Shown: positions 24,514 through 37,380 of the stretch, piece after piece
Layout of the letters: each line of letters begins with the position of its first letter
How positions within the stretch are numbered: position 1 is the first letter of the stretch
Source of the DNA: Octopus bimaculoides
Taxonomy: Eukaryota
Direction of reading: 5' to 3'
DNA length: 64,000 nucleotides
NCBI RefSeq assembly: GCF_001194135.2
Contig: NC_068987.1
Location: forward strand, 28,136,625-28,200,624
Translations under genes and position numbers: made by a program
Notes under the pieces: model-generated
What the model saw: only the letters and a program-made list of their open reading frames with translations
Database searches by the model: none
Told to the model about the DNA's origin: nothing

Positions 24514-24960
24514 TTTATATATATATATATTTATATTTATATATTTGATCCTTTATATTGAACACTCAATATTTCATCTACATTCAATACTTTCTTTCAT
24601 GGTGCCATCCATTTTTATTTTATTTTATTTTATATTGTATATTGTATATCATATTATATATTGTATATTCCATATTCTATACCCCACATTAGTTCTGCAG
24701 GAATATAAATAAAACATAAAAAACAGACAGTGTTGGAACTCTTTTAAGCAAAATAATATATTCCTCTATACACAATCATACAAAAAAATCCACCTTTTTT
24801 GTATTTATTTTTACTCGCATATATATATATATTTATATATATGTTAAAACATAGGGTAAAAAATCGGATATTAATTAATATCGATTTATTAGCAGGAAGC
24901 TTGCACATTTAAAGAATCAGAGAGATTCAGAAAAATATCTGAGATCTTAGGGGATTAAAG

Positions 24961-25003
<43 letters not shown>

Positions 25004-27187
25004 TGTGTGTGCATTTGTGTCTGTGTTTGGCCCTACCACACCTTCACAATCGGTGTTGGTTTGTTTACATCATCGTAAATAAATAAACCCCGGTGGTTGA
25101 CTGATCGGATAAGGACTAAACTTCAAAAATAATTACTGGGGTAGATTTGTTCAACTAAACACTTCACGGTAGTGCCCCATCATTGCCGCATTCCAGTTAC
25201 AGAAACAACTAAAAGATAAAAGATAACCAAACATACCAAAAACAAGTTTTCATCCAGGAGACTAGTTTCTGAAGATTCAGAAACACACACACACACACGC
25301 ACACACATTCACATGCACACACACACACACGCGCGCGTATATGTACATATGTATTCTGCGTACTGTGCCACGTCTCCTGTCATTTTTACTATACCATTAT
25401 GGCTTTTGCTCTTCGGAACTGGTTGTACACATGTCACAAATTCAGTCATATATGGCACTCAGTCATCCCCACTCCATCTGCCCCAGCTCCTATCTCTTTT
25501 GTTATGTCCAGCCACCTCAGACACAATACAGTCCTTCCTACCCAGATCTTCGGCTGTCTGAGATTCCCATCCTGCTGGTTTTGACTAGCTAAAATATTCA
25601 AGAAGATCATTAATGACATTCATTATACCACTTTAGCAGTGCCTACAAAAGTCATGGCCACTGTGCCTTCCTCCAAACTTTAAAGGAAAGCTATACATAC
25701 ACGTACATCTGCAGCTCTCTCTTTCTCTTTATCTATCTATCTATGTACCTGTCTATACACGCACACTCACATTATATGTTTATACATGCATATACGTATG
25801 TATGTATGCATGCATGTAATGTATGTATGCTAAACGCACACGCCTAAATTACCATTGATTTCTGTGCTACAGGCTCGGATAACTTGCAATTAACAGAAGC
25901 AATAAAAATAATTTTTCCTTACTGATTTTCAAAATACTCAGCTATTTACTCTAGCACCCTTCCTCTTCAACTTCTCGGAATTAACTAGTTAGACACACGC
26001 TTCAACTAATACCTTGCAATACATCCGTCTTCAGTTTCTTTTTGTTCTTTTTTGTCGAAGTGGTCCTTAGTACTCCTCATGTTGATGCTTCCATTCCAAA
26101 ACGCCTTTTCCCCCAGGAATTAATTTTCTGCCCACATCAACACGTTTTGAGTTTTAGATGTTGAAACGCAACACTAACAGTATCGTTTTTACAAGTCTCA
26201 TATTTCATGTGAAGTGTCAAACACAAACGTATACACACTTTCTATCTCTATTGGCAAATGCGTAAAAGTTTCATTTTCAGCATTGAAATTCGTCATTTAC
26301 TATTAAAAGTTAAGTTGCATTATTAATATAAGCAAAACAAATATTGATCAATTCTTTTTTTTTTTAATGCATAATACCTCACTTAAGCGTTTAGTTGTTA
26401 AGTTTAAGTCGAGTGATTCTTATGTACGAATAAGAGATCGTAGAGTGTGTACGATGATAAATCATTGTAAAATGAATTAAGAATACACACACACACAATT
26501 TATATACGCAAAATGTTAAAGATAGACATGTTTCAGAAAGTTTTGACTGTCATATACTTGTATACAATGGAGTACGTTTTGAACTTTAATCAATCTTACT
26601 GTGTACATAGACATTTGATCAAGTGTACGAACACTGTAGCTCTTAATGTCTTTGGCAATAACTGAAATGGATTCTTGCTCCAGTGAGACAATTACAAATT
26701 CTGTTTACATTCTTCGTAAGAGGATGTGTACTTTATGAGTGCAACGTAACTATGTCAAGCCCGATGTGTTCTAAGATACTGGCTGATGGTAGTTTAAATT
26801 GTTATTTGCTAATATTCAGAATGAAATGCTTGAAGAACATAAATGACAAATGACTTGTCGGAGGCTGATGGTTGCTGGTCTGGTCTGCGGTGGTGACTTG
26901 TGTTGATAAATGAATATGTTTCTTGAGATGGGTGAATAAGTAAGCCAAGAACACCCGCGAACATTTAAACAGATTTTATTATCACACATAAACTGCCTTG
27001 GCCTTTTACAAATAACAACAACAATAATTTCATACTAGGAGAGAGGTACTGGTGGAGGTTTACGGCAAGCTGTTGAATTGGTAAATGTAGCTTGCCCAAC
27101 ATTACTTGAAACAATTGTGCTATATTCATGGCGACAGAGGTTACTGTCATCTGTCTTAGTTGCCTTCCTGGGTTGCCAGTTCGGTAA

Positions 27188-27230
27188 AAGCGCGCGCCGA
27201 ATGGTTTTTATAGGGAACCGGAAGTCAAAT
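27188..27230 (-). promoter_or_regulatory. Candidate promoter: TATA box (minus strand, CTATAAAA at 27213-27206), ETS site ACCGGAAGT (27217-27225), CGCG run
   Basis: Motifs read directly, within a locally GC/CpG-rich, TE-free stretch. A Kozak-like gtcgccATG lies ~80 nt downstream of the TATA on the minus strand. Function is inferred. Confidence 0.45.
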
Positions 27231-29159
27231 TCTAGAATATTTGATAAAACCTATCAATATTATCACTTTTTGCTGATTGATCGATTAATAGACCAAACAT
27301 GTGAAGCAATGGTCTTCTCGTGATGTCTGACTGCATGTCCAGGGATTCGGTATCGAATCAGCGCTACTTTCAAGTGTGATATACTGTCAAATGAAATAAG
27401 GAAGAGTCTTGTAAAATATTGTACAAACGAGACGCTATTAAGTGAGTCTGATGTTGTTCATAGATAATGTTTGTTAGTCATTAGATTATTGTATAAACGG
27501 TTATATTTTTAAGAACCAAGCTACATATTCCGGACGAATCAATCACGTCGTTCTTTGATTATAGATTCACTAGAACTCTGATAAAAACTATTCCGAGCAT
27601 GGCTATCCCGTCTATTTTATGGGAGTCTAAATGTAATTTATCTAATATGCTTCCTTTTTTTCTTAAAAGAGTGTGATATAAGTTTTTCAAAGACCAACTA
27701 TAAAATATGTTCAAACGTAATAACGGATATTAAATCTTAATGCCACAAGGGAGGTTGCCGTATTAGAAGACGAAGGCATAACAAATTATTTGTAAACATT
27801 ACAAAATATTGTGATTGTTTAGGTACAGAGTAACTCTAATTCAGCAGATATGATACTTGTTATTTTCATAGATAGTACACCTAAAACTGTATTATTTTCC
27901 ATGTTCTTCTAGTATAAAGGCATGGCGTTGTTTGAGGGAGATCTGTCTGATTTTTAAACAGATCCAGCATGCAGACACAGGACCTTTTATTTAAATTGAT
28001 GTATAAATTAACTTCCATAAACTTCAGATCTTTCTAAGCTGGGTTATGGCAACAGATTTGATGTTCAAAGAAATATGTCATATTAGATTACTCTGGCACA
28101 TTTAAACCAACTGGGAACTTGTGTCTGATCAATCACCCTGCCAGATAAGCAACCAAGCCTATTTCAAATAGTGCCGTTATATCTTAAAGAGCAAGACCGT
28201 ATGGAAAATGTGCTCCTAGATACATAGTGTCTGAAAATATAAGCATAAACCCCAAAGAATGGAATGCCCTTCGATGATAGGTGTATTTACCCAGCACTGA
28301 TCTGGATCTGAAGAATGGCACTAACCACATTTGGCAACTGGGTCAAGGTTGCCAACTTACATTTTAAAGAATGATACAAACGAGGATATATTTAGAAAAT
28401 ACGTCATCAGAATTCAGTAATATGCTATACTTATTGGAACTTATCAAATGAAAACGGTGTCCTGTATTCATGTAAAAATTTCTATCACATGTAATAAATT
28501 TCCATCAATATTCCAATTATTCGAGTATTATCGAAGAGAAAACAAAGTCATGTGTCTCGGCCTATTTTGATAATACGCAAAGAAATGTGTTTTGATCAAA
28601 GGAGACAACGCAACTCCAAACATTGACACGATAACATCCAGCCTGTAACAACATACCCATTCTAGAAGAGCTGAATATTAAATGACATTCCGATTACATG
28701 CATACATCAATGCATTAATTTTACATCTGTATGGACATACACTCGGGCATATAAATATTAGAATGGACGCAGGAAGCAAATAAATTCGTTTTCAACAAAA
28801 CAGCATCAGCGCTCTCAGCCATATTGAGGTAGCAACTGCCTAAAGCTGTGGCAGTAATTTTCGTCCAGCAAAGCTTCTGTTATCGCGAAGATGGCTAATT
28901 TGAGACATCAAACGCTTGTAACTAAACCAAGAAAAAATCGATAAGAAGTTATTTGTAAATACCTTGCAGTGTTCTTTCCTGTAGATTTCTTCAAAGTTAG
29001 TTTATGGATCTTCAAAGCAGCCACAGATTATTTTTATATGACTCACTTATTATTATTGGTCTAGAAATTTCTACTTGGTAGCAAAAATATCTCGAAGATT
29101 TAAAAACTAAAACATGCTGTAGACATACATACATCCGTACGTACACACACACACACAAA

Positions 29160-29261
29160 CATGTCTCTATGCACATATCTAAATAGTACACACAAACATG
29201 TATGTACATATATATGTATATATGTGTGGATACATAAAATATGTACATATTTATATCTGTA

Positions 29262-29330
<69 letters not shown>

Positions 29331-29360
29331 GTGTATATATATATACACATACACACGCAC

Positions 29361-29395
<35 letters not shown>

Positions 29396-29480
29396 CACCC
29401 ATATATATAAACAAATATACACAGCAGATACAGCGATGTAGGCATATATACAGAGACACACATATAGTCGCACACACACA
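29160..29480. repeat. (TA)n/(CA)n microsatellite field
   Basis: Direct reading; source of the YI/CV ORFs. Confidence 0.95.
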
Positions 29481-29739
29481 CACACGTTTATTAACATTTA
29501 TGTTTTAAGAGAAACGGTGTTTATATATAAAATTAATGCATAAGCTTATATAGTGTAAATATTATACATATAGAATATATTTCCAATTTATACTGTTCAC
29601 TCCATAACTGTATGAAAATATATATATATATGTGCATACATACATATATATGTATACATATATATATGTATACATATATATATGTATATATATGTGTGTG
29701 TGTGTATATATATATATATTTATGTATATATATTTGTAT

Positions 29740-30130
29740 TCTTTTTATTTTTGTACCTGTTTCTGTCATTTGACTGCGGCCATGCCAGTTCACCGTCTTA
29801 AAGGGGTGTTTATGTAGTCGAAGAAATCTCGACATCAGAACTTATTCTTTGTAAGCCTGGTACTTATTCTATCGGTCTATGCTACAGGGTTGTAAACACA
29901 TCAACATCAGTTGCCATGCGATGTTGAGGGGGCAAACACAGACACACTCACATAAACATTTACATTCATATATACGACGCGATTCTTTCCGTTTCCGCCT
30001 ACCAAATCCACTCACAAGTCTCTGGTCAGCCCGTGCCTTTAGTAGAAGACACATGATCAAGGTGCCATGTAGTGAGACTAAACCCGCTACCGTGTGGCTA
30101 GGAAACAAACTTCTTACCATACAACCATGC
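29740..30130 (-). mobile_element. SINE family B, near full length
   Basis: 'cctgtttctgtcatttgactgcggccatgc...cttattctttgtaagcctggtacttattctatcggtct...gtttccgcctaccaaatccactcacaag...ttaccatacaaccatgcc'. Confidence 0.85.
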
Positions 30131-30308
30131 CTATTTGGAGTACCGTATATATTTCATACACACACATACACATATATCAGCTAGGTTTCATGCACGAATC
30201 TCTCAGCCCTTCACTCACTTTCTCACGTTCTGTCGATGAAATAATAATTCTATAGTTACTCATATGCTGAGCTCTATTATTCCTATTTGTTCTAGTAAAC
30301 TTCATATA

Positions 30309-30339
<31 letters not shown>

Positions 30340-31789
30340 NNNNNNNNNNNNNNNNNNNNNNNNNNNNNNNNNNNNNNNNNNNNNNNNNNNNNNNNNNNNN
30401 NNNNNNNNNNNNNNNNNNNNNNNNNNNNNNNNNNNNNNNNNNNNNNNNNNNNNNNNNNNNNNNNNNNNNNNNNNNNNNNNNNNNNNNNNNNNNNNNNNNN
30501 NNNNNNNNNNNNNNNNNNNNNNNNNNNNNNNNNNNNNNNNNNNNNNNNNNNNNNNNNNNNNNNNNNNNNNNNNNNNNNNNNNNNNNNNNNNNNNNNNNNN
30601 NNNNNNNNNNNNNNNNNNNNNNNNNNNNNNNNNNNNNNNNNNNNNNNNNNNNNNNNNNTATATATGTTTATAATTATAATATATAAACAATCCGTATTAC
30701 ATTTTTCTTCTCGCATCTCTACTCTTTCGAATTATGTAATAATACTTCAAATACAACCGTAAATCTTGCATTGAGATCAAGTTATTATTTGCCACAATTT
30801 GATATTCAGATCGATAACATGAAATTCATGCACATTCTTTCCAGTAGTTATTATTGTAATCATCAATCCTTCTTGATCGGATTCCTTGTAATATTTTGAA
30901 TAAATAGCAAAATGTAAAAGCATTATTGTGGTAGTCGTGAGCAACCGTGTGTCACTTGGAGCTACGAATTCGAACCTAGAAGTTTCTAATCCAAGGTGCA
31001 GGCTTGGTCAATGATTTAAATGAAAGATTCCAGCTATCTAACACGTGGAGGTGCTGGTGGCAGTCATTATAAGGAATGCAATTACTAAATAACTGTTAAA
31101 TCATTGATAGGATTAGGATTTTGAATTTTAAATCTAACAGTAATGAGAGAGATGCAGAGATTATAAATATTTCTCTTCATGACAAAGGCCCTCAACATTA
31201 CGTATATTCTATTCATAGTTTATATATATATATAATGGTTTCTTATTAGGGAACCAATAGAATTTATACAGGGCTGTAAAGAGAAGTGCTCAGAATAATT
31301 GAGACAAGAGAAAAATATTAGTTATAGAATAAAAACGCTGGGTTAACGACTCAACATATCACACCCCCTCAATGAACTTATATAAGAAATACAACATAAT
31401 CCGTCAAACATAAGGAATAAGAAGATATAACGCCAAAAGAAATAATAAATAAAAAAATATAACATATATAGTACAAAATTTTATACACGAATATATTGTT
31501 TCAACCGATAACATACAAATGAATAAACCTGAGTTAAAGGTATGCTACAATACACGTAAATATTATTTCATACAAGTTAAAATTAATACGAATAAAAATT
31601 AATACGAATAAAAGGAATAAAAAATTCAAATATATAATATAATAATATAAGTCGATATAGAATAAAGTAAAATAAAATAAAGAAATGAGTTACCATAAAG
31701 TAGTCCATCGGTTCAAAATCAAGTACAGAAGTGGTTTAACACCATTTAGAGTTAAAGCTGAAAGTTCTTCATCTCCCTCGGGCATATTT

Positions 31790-31905
31790 TACGTTTCGAA
31801 GTTGACTTTGCCGTTCATCCTTTCGGGGTAGATAAGTACCAGTTGAGAACTGGGGTCGATGTAATCGACTTACCTCTCGCCCGAAATTGCTGGCCTTGAA
31901 ACCAA
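31790..31905 (+). mobile_element. SINE family A core and tail fragment
   Basis: 'gttgactttgccgttcatcctttcggggtagataagtaccagttgagaactggggtcgatgtaatcgactt'. Confidence 0.8.
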
Positions 31906-33110
31906 TATATATATACNNNNNNNNNNNNNNNNNNNNNNNNNNNNNNNNNNNNNNNNNNNNNNNNNNNNNNNNNNNNNNNNNNNNNNNNNNNNNNNNNNNN
32001 NNATATATGTATATATATATATGTATATATATCTTTCCTTTCCACACAATTGAGTTACCTAAGGTAATTGACGCAAACCATTCTACACGACGTTTTAGCA
32101 GAACTGCCATTTTACCACTTCTGCCAGGTGAAGGCGCAGTAAGTACATTTTTTGTACATTTTCTGCATGCAATCGTGTAATCAGAATTAGAAGTGAGTGA
32201 ACGGAAATGAACACAAAATATTCTGTTTGTAGGATATCTTTTTTGTGTGTGGTATTCTGTTTGTGAATCTAGCAGGTGTTCCTTCTGTGAGCATTTTTTA
32301 TCGTGCATTTAATACATGTGGTACTTACTTCATACTATTGTATTCAATAACATTGTTGCTAATAAAACAAATTGTTTATAAATATAAAGACAGTCGAAGG
32401 AAGAGGGAAAATTAGAATCGGACTGAAAGAAACATGCTATTTACCGTCGAAAGGGTGCAAATTAAATTCAAATCCTAACATATTCATCTTTCCCTTTCCT
32501 GCTCCTCAGACTAAGAAAATATAAATCAGTGATTTAACAGGTATATTCAATCGTTTATACCCTTTACTTAAACATATGGCTTTCTGCCAAAGCATTTAAT
32601 TATTGCTATGAATGAACGTAGATATTATTAATTCGTAAATAGAAGTCTGATATTGAAATAGACTTTATGGGGGTGAGCAAAGAAAGAGGAAACGATTATA
32701 AATTAACATAGTATGTCAGCTGGGTAACATAAAAAGCGACACATATAAAGTTCTACTGGCCAACTTCAAGGCCAGTTCGTTTGCTTTTTCAGTCAATAAC
32801 TATATCCATAGAGTTCTGAAGAAAATATTTAACAGACCACTTTGTAGATGAAATTGTCATGTGACCTTTCTTTGATGTTACTAAAACCAAATGTGACCAT
32901 ACAAAGTAATGAAGTATTACAAAAGAACATTAATTTCTGTCTATATTTCGTGAATGTCGTTTGCACACACACGCGCACACAGCCGACCACCCGCACGGCC
33001 ACCCGCCTGCACGGCCACCCAATCGCACGCGCACACATACACAGACGCACATACACACAAGAGCACATGCATACATATTCCCAAATACAATTACTACATA
33101 CACATACACG

Positions 33111-33181
<71 letters not shown>

Positions 33182-33264
33182 NNNNNNNNNNNNNNNNNNN
33201 NNNNNNNNNNNNNNNNNNNNNNNNNNNNNNNNNNNNNNNNNNNNNCATTGGGTTTATATACATA

Positions 33265-34501
33265 TACATTGGGTTTATGCCGAAAGTAATGCAACAGTGA
33301 GCATAACTATTCTACTGACATATTTTAAATTGCCAAAGTTCATATATCAATTCTTCTTTTATACTTGTTATAGTCAGCAGCAGACGCGATGTACTTGCAC
33401 CATCACTGAACTCAAACAGTCGAATCCTCTTTGAAAAAATTCCCTTGTGCACAGTTGTACCCACTTTTTCACAGCCATATTTCCTCATTTCTGTCATCAA
33501 ATCATTGTTCCCCAAGACATCCATTCACTGGACCGAGCAGATGGAAATCAGTGGGTGCCAGATCCCAAATTTATGGTGGCTGGTGGAACTCTGATCAGCC
33601 CATTTTCCTGATTACCTGACCTGTTGCCAAAGATAGGTGGCTGCACATAGCCATTGTGAATGCAGATCGTTTTCCGAATTTTCTTCGGTTACTCTTTCCT
33701 AATATAACTTCTCTAAGCTTTTTGAGCGTCTCTGTGTATATTGCTCGTTGCTTACAGTATAACACCTTCCAAAAATTGAAAGTGAGTTCATACCTTGTCA
33801 ACACCATACCTCCTTAAGCAATATTCAATCATTATGCCTTTCTGTGCCGCTCGTTAATTCTTGAAAACATGAGACTTTCGTTTCTGGACCACAAAGAGAC
33901 GACTACCATTGATCCCCTATAACTAGATTGGTAAACACTGTTTCTTCATTACCTTCAAAAGCTTTGAAAAGATCAGCGCAGATTTCCAAATTGAGTGTCA
34001 GCCGCTAAGGTATCCACTTTGCTCACATTTTCCCGTAATCCAGTGCCTTGCCCCACTTTTTGTAGTGCATTGTGAACACAATTGAATTGTGCAGTAAGCA
34101 CATGGATTCTAAGTTATTTGTTGAACTGAATTAACTCATCCACCTACTGAAGATTTGTGTTAGTGGTTGCATCTGATTGACTCTTATTGAGAGATTACTT
34201 CAAGCCTAGTTTTCCCGTTTCTAAACTTCTTCATCTAACCCTGTACATCAATTAGATATCGTCTTAGCAAACAAGTTTCTGTGAATGCCGGAAAGCCCGC
34301 AGACTTCCTTCAGCAACAACTCAATGTTGACATGCTTGGTTTTGGAATTCATTATTTGTCTGTAATGAAGATAATCAGGAAGTGGAGTTACTACCGAGGA
34401 AGAGTTAGAATAGATTTTACTCTACCAACCTGTTTAAATTGACGAACATTTGCCAGTTAAGTTATTCCGATTTCTGCATTGCTTTCGCTCCATTCTTCGT
34501 G
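33265..34501 (-). mobile_element. Mariner-family DNA transposon, decayed near-full-length copy (transposase about 34352 to 33365)
   Basis: The minus strand shows KKFRNGKTRLE, DYGKM*AKWIP*RLT (WVP motif), LVIGDQW..CGPETK (GDETW), LKKLREVI, QPP*IWDLAPTDFHLLGP (YSPDLAPSD) and FFKE...WCKYIASAADYNK. Degenerate TIRs share cgaaag(t/c)aatgca at about 33281 and 34475-34487. Confidence 0.88.
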
Positions 34502-34506
34502 GGTGG

Positions 34507-34552
<46 letters not shown>

Positions 34553-35219
34553 NNNNNNNNNNNNNNNNNNNNNNNNNNNNNNNNNNNNNNNNNNNNNNNN
34601 NNNNNNNNNNNNNNNNNNNNNNNNNNNNNNNNNNNNNNNNNNNNNNNNNNNNNNNNNNNNNNNNNNNNNNNNNNNNNNNNNNNNNNNNNNNNNNNNNNNN
34701 NNNNNNNNNNNNNNNNNNNNNNNNNNNNNNNNNNNNNNNNNNNNNNNNNNNNNNNNNNNNNNNNNNNNNNNNNNNNNNNNNNNNNNNNNNNNNNNNNNNN
34801 NNNNNNNNNNNNNNNNNNNNNNNNNNNNNNNNNNNNNNNNNNNNNNNNNNNNNNNNNNNNNNNNNNNNNNNNNNNNNNNNNNNNNNNNNNNNNNNNNNNN
34901 NNNNNNNNNNNNNNNNNNNNNNNNNNNNNNNNNNNNNNNNNNNNNNNNNNNNNNNNNNNNNNNNNNNNNNNNNNNNNNNNNNNNNNNNNNNNNNNNNNNN
35001 NNNNNNNNNNNNNNNNNNNNNNNNNNNNNNNNNNNNNNNNNNNNNNNNNNNNNNNNNNNNNNNNNNNNNNNNNNNNNNNNNNNNNNNNNNNNNNNNNNNN
35101 NNNNNNNNNNNNNNNNNNNNNNNNNNNNNNNNNNNNNNNNNNNNNNNNNNNNNNNNNNNNNNNNNNNNNNNNNNNNNNNNNNNNNNNNNNNNNNNNNNNN
35201 NNNNNNNNNNNNNNNNNNN

Positions 35220-35282
<63 letters not shown>

Positions 35283-37004
35283 TAGCTAGATAGATGTGTG
35301 TGTATATATATGTATATATACATACATGTATATATATGTATGTGTGAGTGTGTGTGTATAAACATTAATATATATATATATGTACATATATACATATGTA
35401 AATAACTTCATTTGTAACTTCAAAACCGATTTAAGCAACCTTTAGATCGTTATGTTGCTCATAATATAATTGATATTATTTGCTTTCGTATAAACATCAA
35501 AGTAATTAAAAGGAAAATCAATTTCAAAATTTACTCGTATAAGGTTTTTACTACGATGTCAAAATTTTACCCTATATATGTTTAAATATAGTTAAATATA
35601 TGTTATATGCTGTATGCTCTTTAATGCTTCTCAGCCTTCTAAATTGCTGTTCGTAAAAGTTAGATCTTTTTATGTATTTATGCATTTACAATAGGCGACA
35701 TACATGCTACATGACTAAGAGATAACCTTAAATAGTCAACTTTGACGAAGAACATGGTAATAGAGAACATGGAACGAAGTAAAATTAATGAGAAATTTTA
35801 CGTCGAGCATAAAGAAATTTCATTATGATTGTAGGCTTCGTCAATTGAATTTATTCTCTTCGTCAAAAATGTATTTTAGCATCTGGAGTCTTTAAGGCAT
35901 TATTGTATTAACCATAAACCTTGAATATGTCATTCCGTCATAATAAACCTCTCATACTATTCACATTGCTGAGAATAATAGTAGTTTACGAATTTATGGA
36001 AAGGTAATTTATTAACTAAAACCGATATACAGTTGCCAAAAATAATATGACTCACTCAAATCATTCTTGGAATGGTTCCAGTTTAAATATGCAATATATC
36101 TGGTGCACTATTTAGCACAACAGGCCCATAGATAACAATACGTCAATGAGAAGTGTTAAAATAGAAACAAGCTAAAATGATAAATATCATTAATTACATA
36201 TGTTTTGTAAAGTTCTGTTTCTACTGCCATCTTTGGAATTGAATGTGAATCAAATGAATTATATAATTTTAAAAAAGTTACATATATCATACAAATATTA
36301 TTAGGCTCTTTCAATGTTCACAAAGTCAATAAGATCGATGAAGCAAAATGTACTCTTATGTGTATAGTTGAAAGATGATTAGAAGAAGTTTCAGAATATT
36401 AACTTTCAGGAACGTCGTGAAAAACCTAAACAGTTTAATTAACGAATGCATTGAGTTGCGATTTATGAGAGATGAGATCTTGTCTTGATCACAGTAATTC
36501 ATAGATATTTACAACGCGGTTAGTATGCCTTGATAACTGTAGGCTGAATTTATAATTTTGTAGATAATTAATAGAACAGTGTAAATATGTGTATAAAATG
36601 TCAGTTGAATTATCATGGGAAATATTCAGCTTGTCTGCGTGAATGTGCTGCAAATATTATATACTTTGCAGATTTTGCAACAATACTTGGGTGTCCTTGC
36701 CCAAACTTCAGTAGCTGCTCCGAAAATTTGTTTCTTTTTTCTTTGAGATAACCAACAATATGTTATGAAAGATACTGTCATACGATATATCTTCATTCAT
36801 CAACGGTTCCATTTACTTGGATCGTTATGATGGTATGATTTGAAATAACTTTGCATCACGTAGGAAATATGTCTATGATTATAAATCTCATTTTCGGTCG
36901 TGTTTCTTTGATATAATGGCCACAAAATGAAATCGGTGGACAGCAATCATGATTAGTACACTCTGATATCGGATCGATATTTATCAGTTGTTCTTTAGCC
37001 GGAG

Positions 37005-37380
37005 GTCAAACCTGTTCAAGTAAACTCACGATCAAAAGTTATTCTATCTATGACCATTACGTCCTTGTAGGTATACGTATGACTACATTGTCTAATGTAT
37101 CTTTCCTTAAAACAGTAGTGTGCTATTTCAGGGATATTTACGTTGCTATTTCTTATAGGTCAAGCTATTCGCGTTGGTTTGTGAGATATATAACAGTGAT
37201 CTTATTTTTATAAATATTGTTATTTAAGCCTTGGTTATGTATGATCAAATGCTTTCAACCATTTAAATACCAGCCGTTTTGAGATTGAAACCTCCATGTT
37301 TCTAAGACGTAGGTCACTGTCTTTTTAAGAAGGTAATTTGGGAATATTTAACTGATATTTCTGAAGATCAAATCGCATAG
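37005..37380 (+). repeat. Two tandem family D repeats
   Basis: 'ggaggtcaaacctgttcaag...acagtagtgtgctatttcagggatatttacgttgctatttc' and 'aagccttggttatg..tgatcaaatgctttcaacc...ttttaagaaggtaatttgggaatatt'. Confidence 0.5.

Larger units (their letters stand above)
24116..24760. repeat. ~285-bp near-perfect inverted repeat around a 10-N gap (arms about 24116-24404 and 24478-24760)
   Basis: The right arm 'atgacgaagggaaatagccc...gttggaactcttttaagcaaaataata' is the reverse complement of the left arm. By eye, the only difference is the length of the TA-rich microsatellite part. Confidence 0.9.
23980..25225 (+). mobile_element. SINE family B copy split by a ~0.9-kb insert at its internal microsatellite
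   Basis: Head at 23980-24105 ('gagttcagtcccacagcgttacactttgggcaag...aagccttgtgagtggatctggta...ccgtcgtatat'). Tail at 25015-25225 ('gtgtctgtgtttggccc...caatcggtgttggtttgtttac...gccgcattccagttacagaaacaactaaaagata'). Confidence 0.7.

Noticed and set aside
33246-33277. Direct repeat cattgggtttat next to the mariner end; also the duplicated attacagtagaatagacata at 49957-50010
   Set aside because: Both abut a gap or TA run; likely contig-end overlap or slippage.
35741-35867. 11-bp inverted repeat tttgacgaaga / tcttcgtcaaa
   Set aside because: Short and AT-rich, with no clear TSD or internal pairing; not distinguishable from chance.
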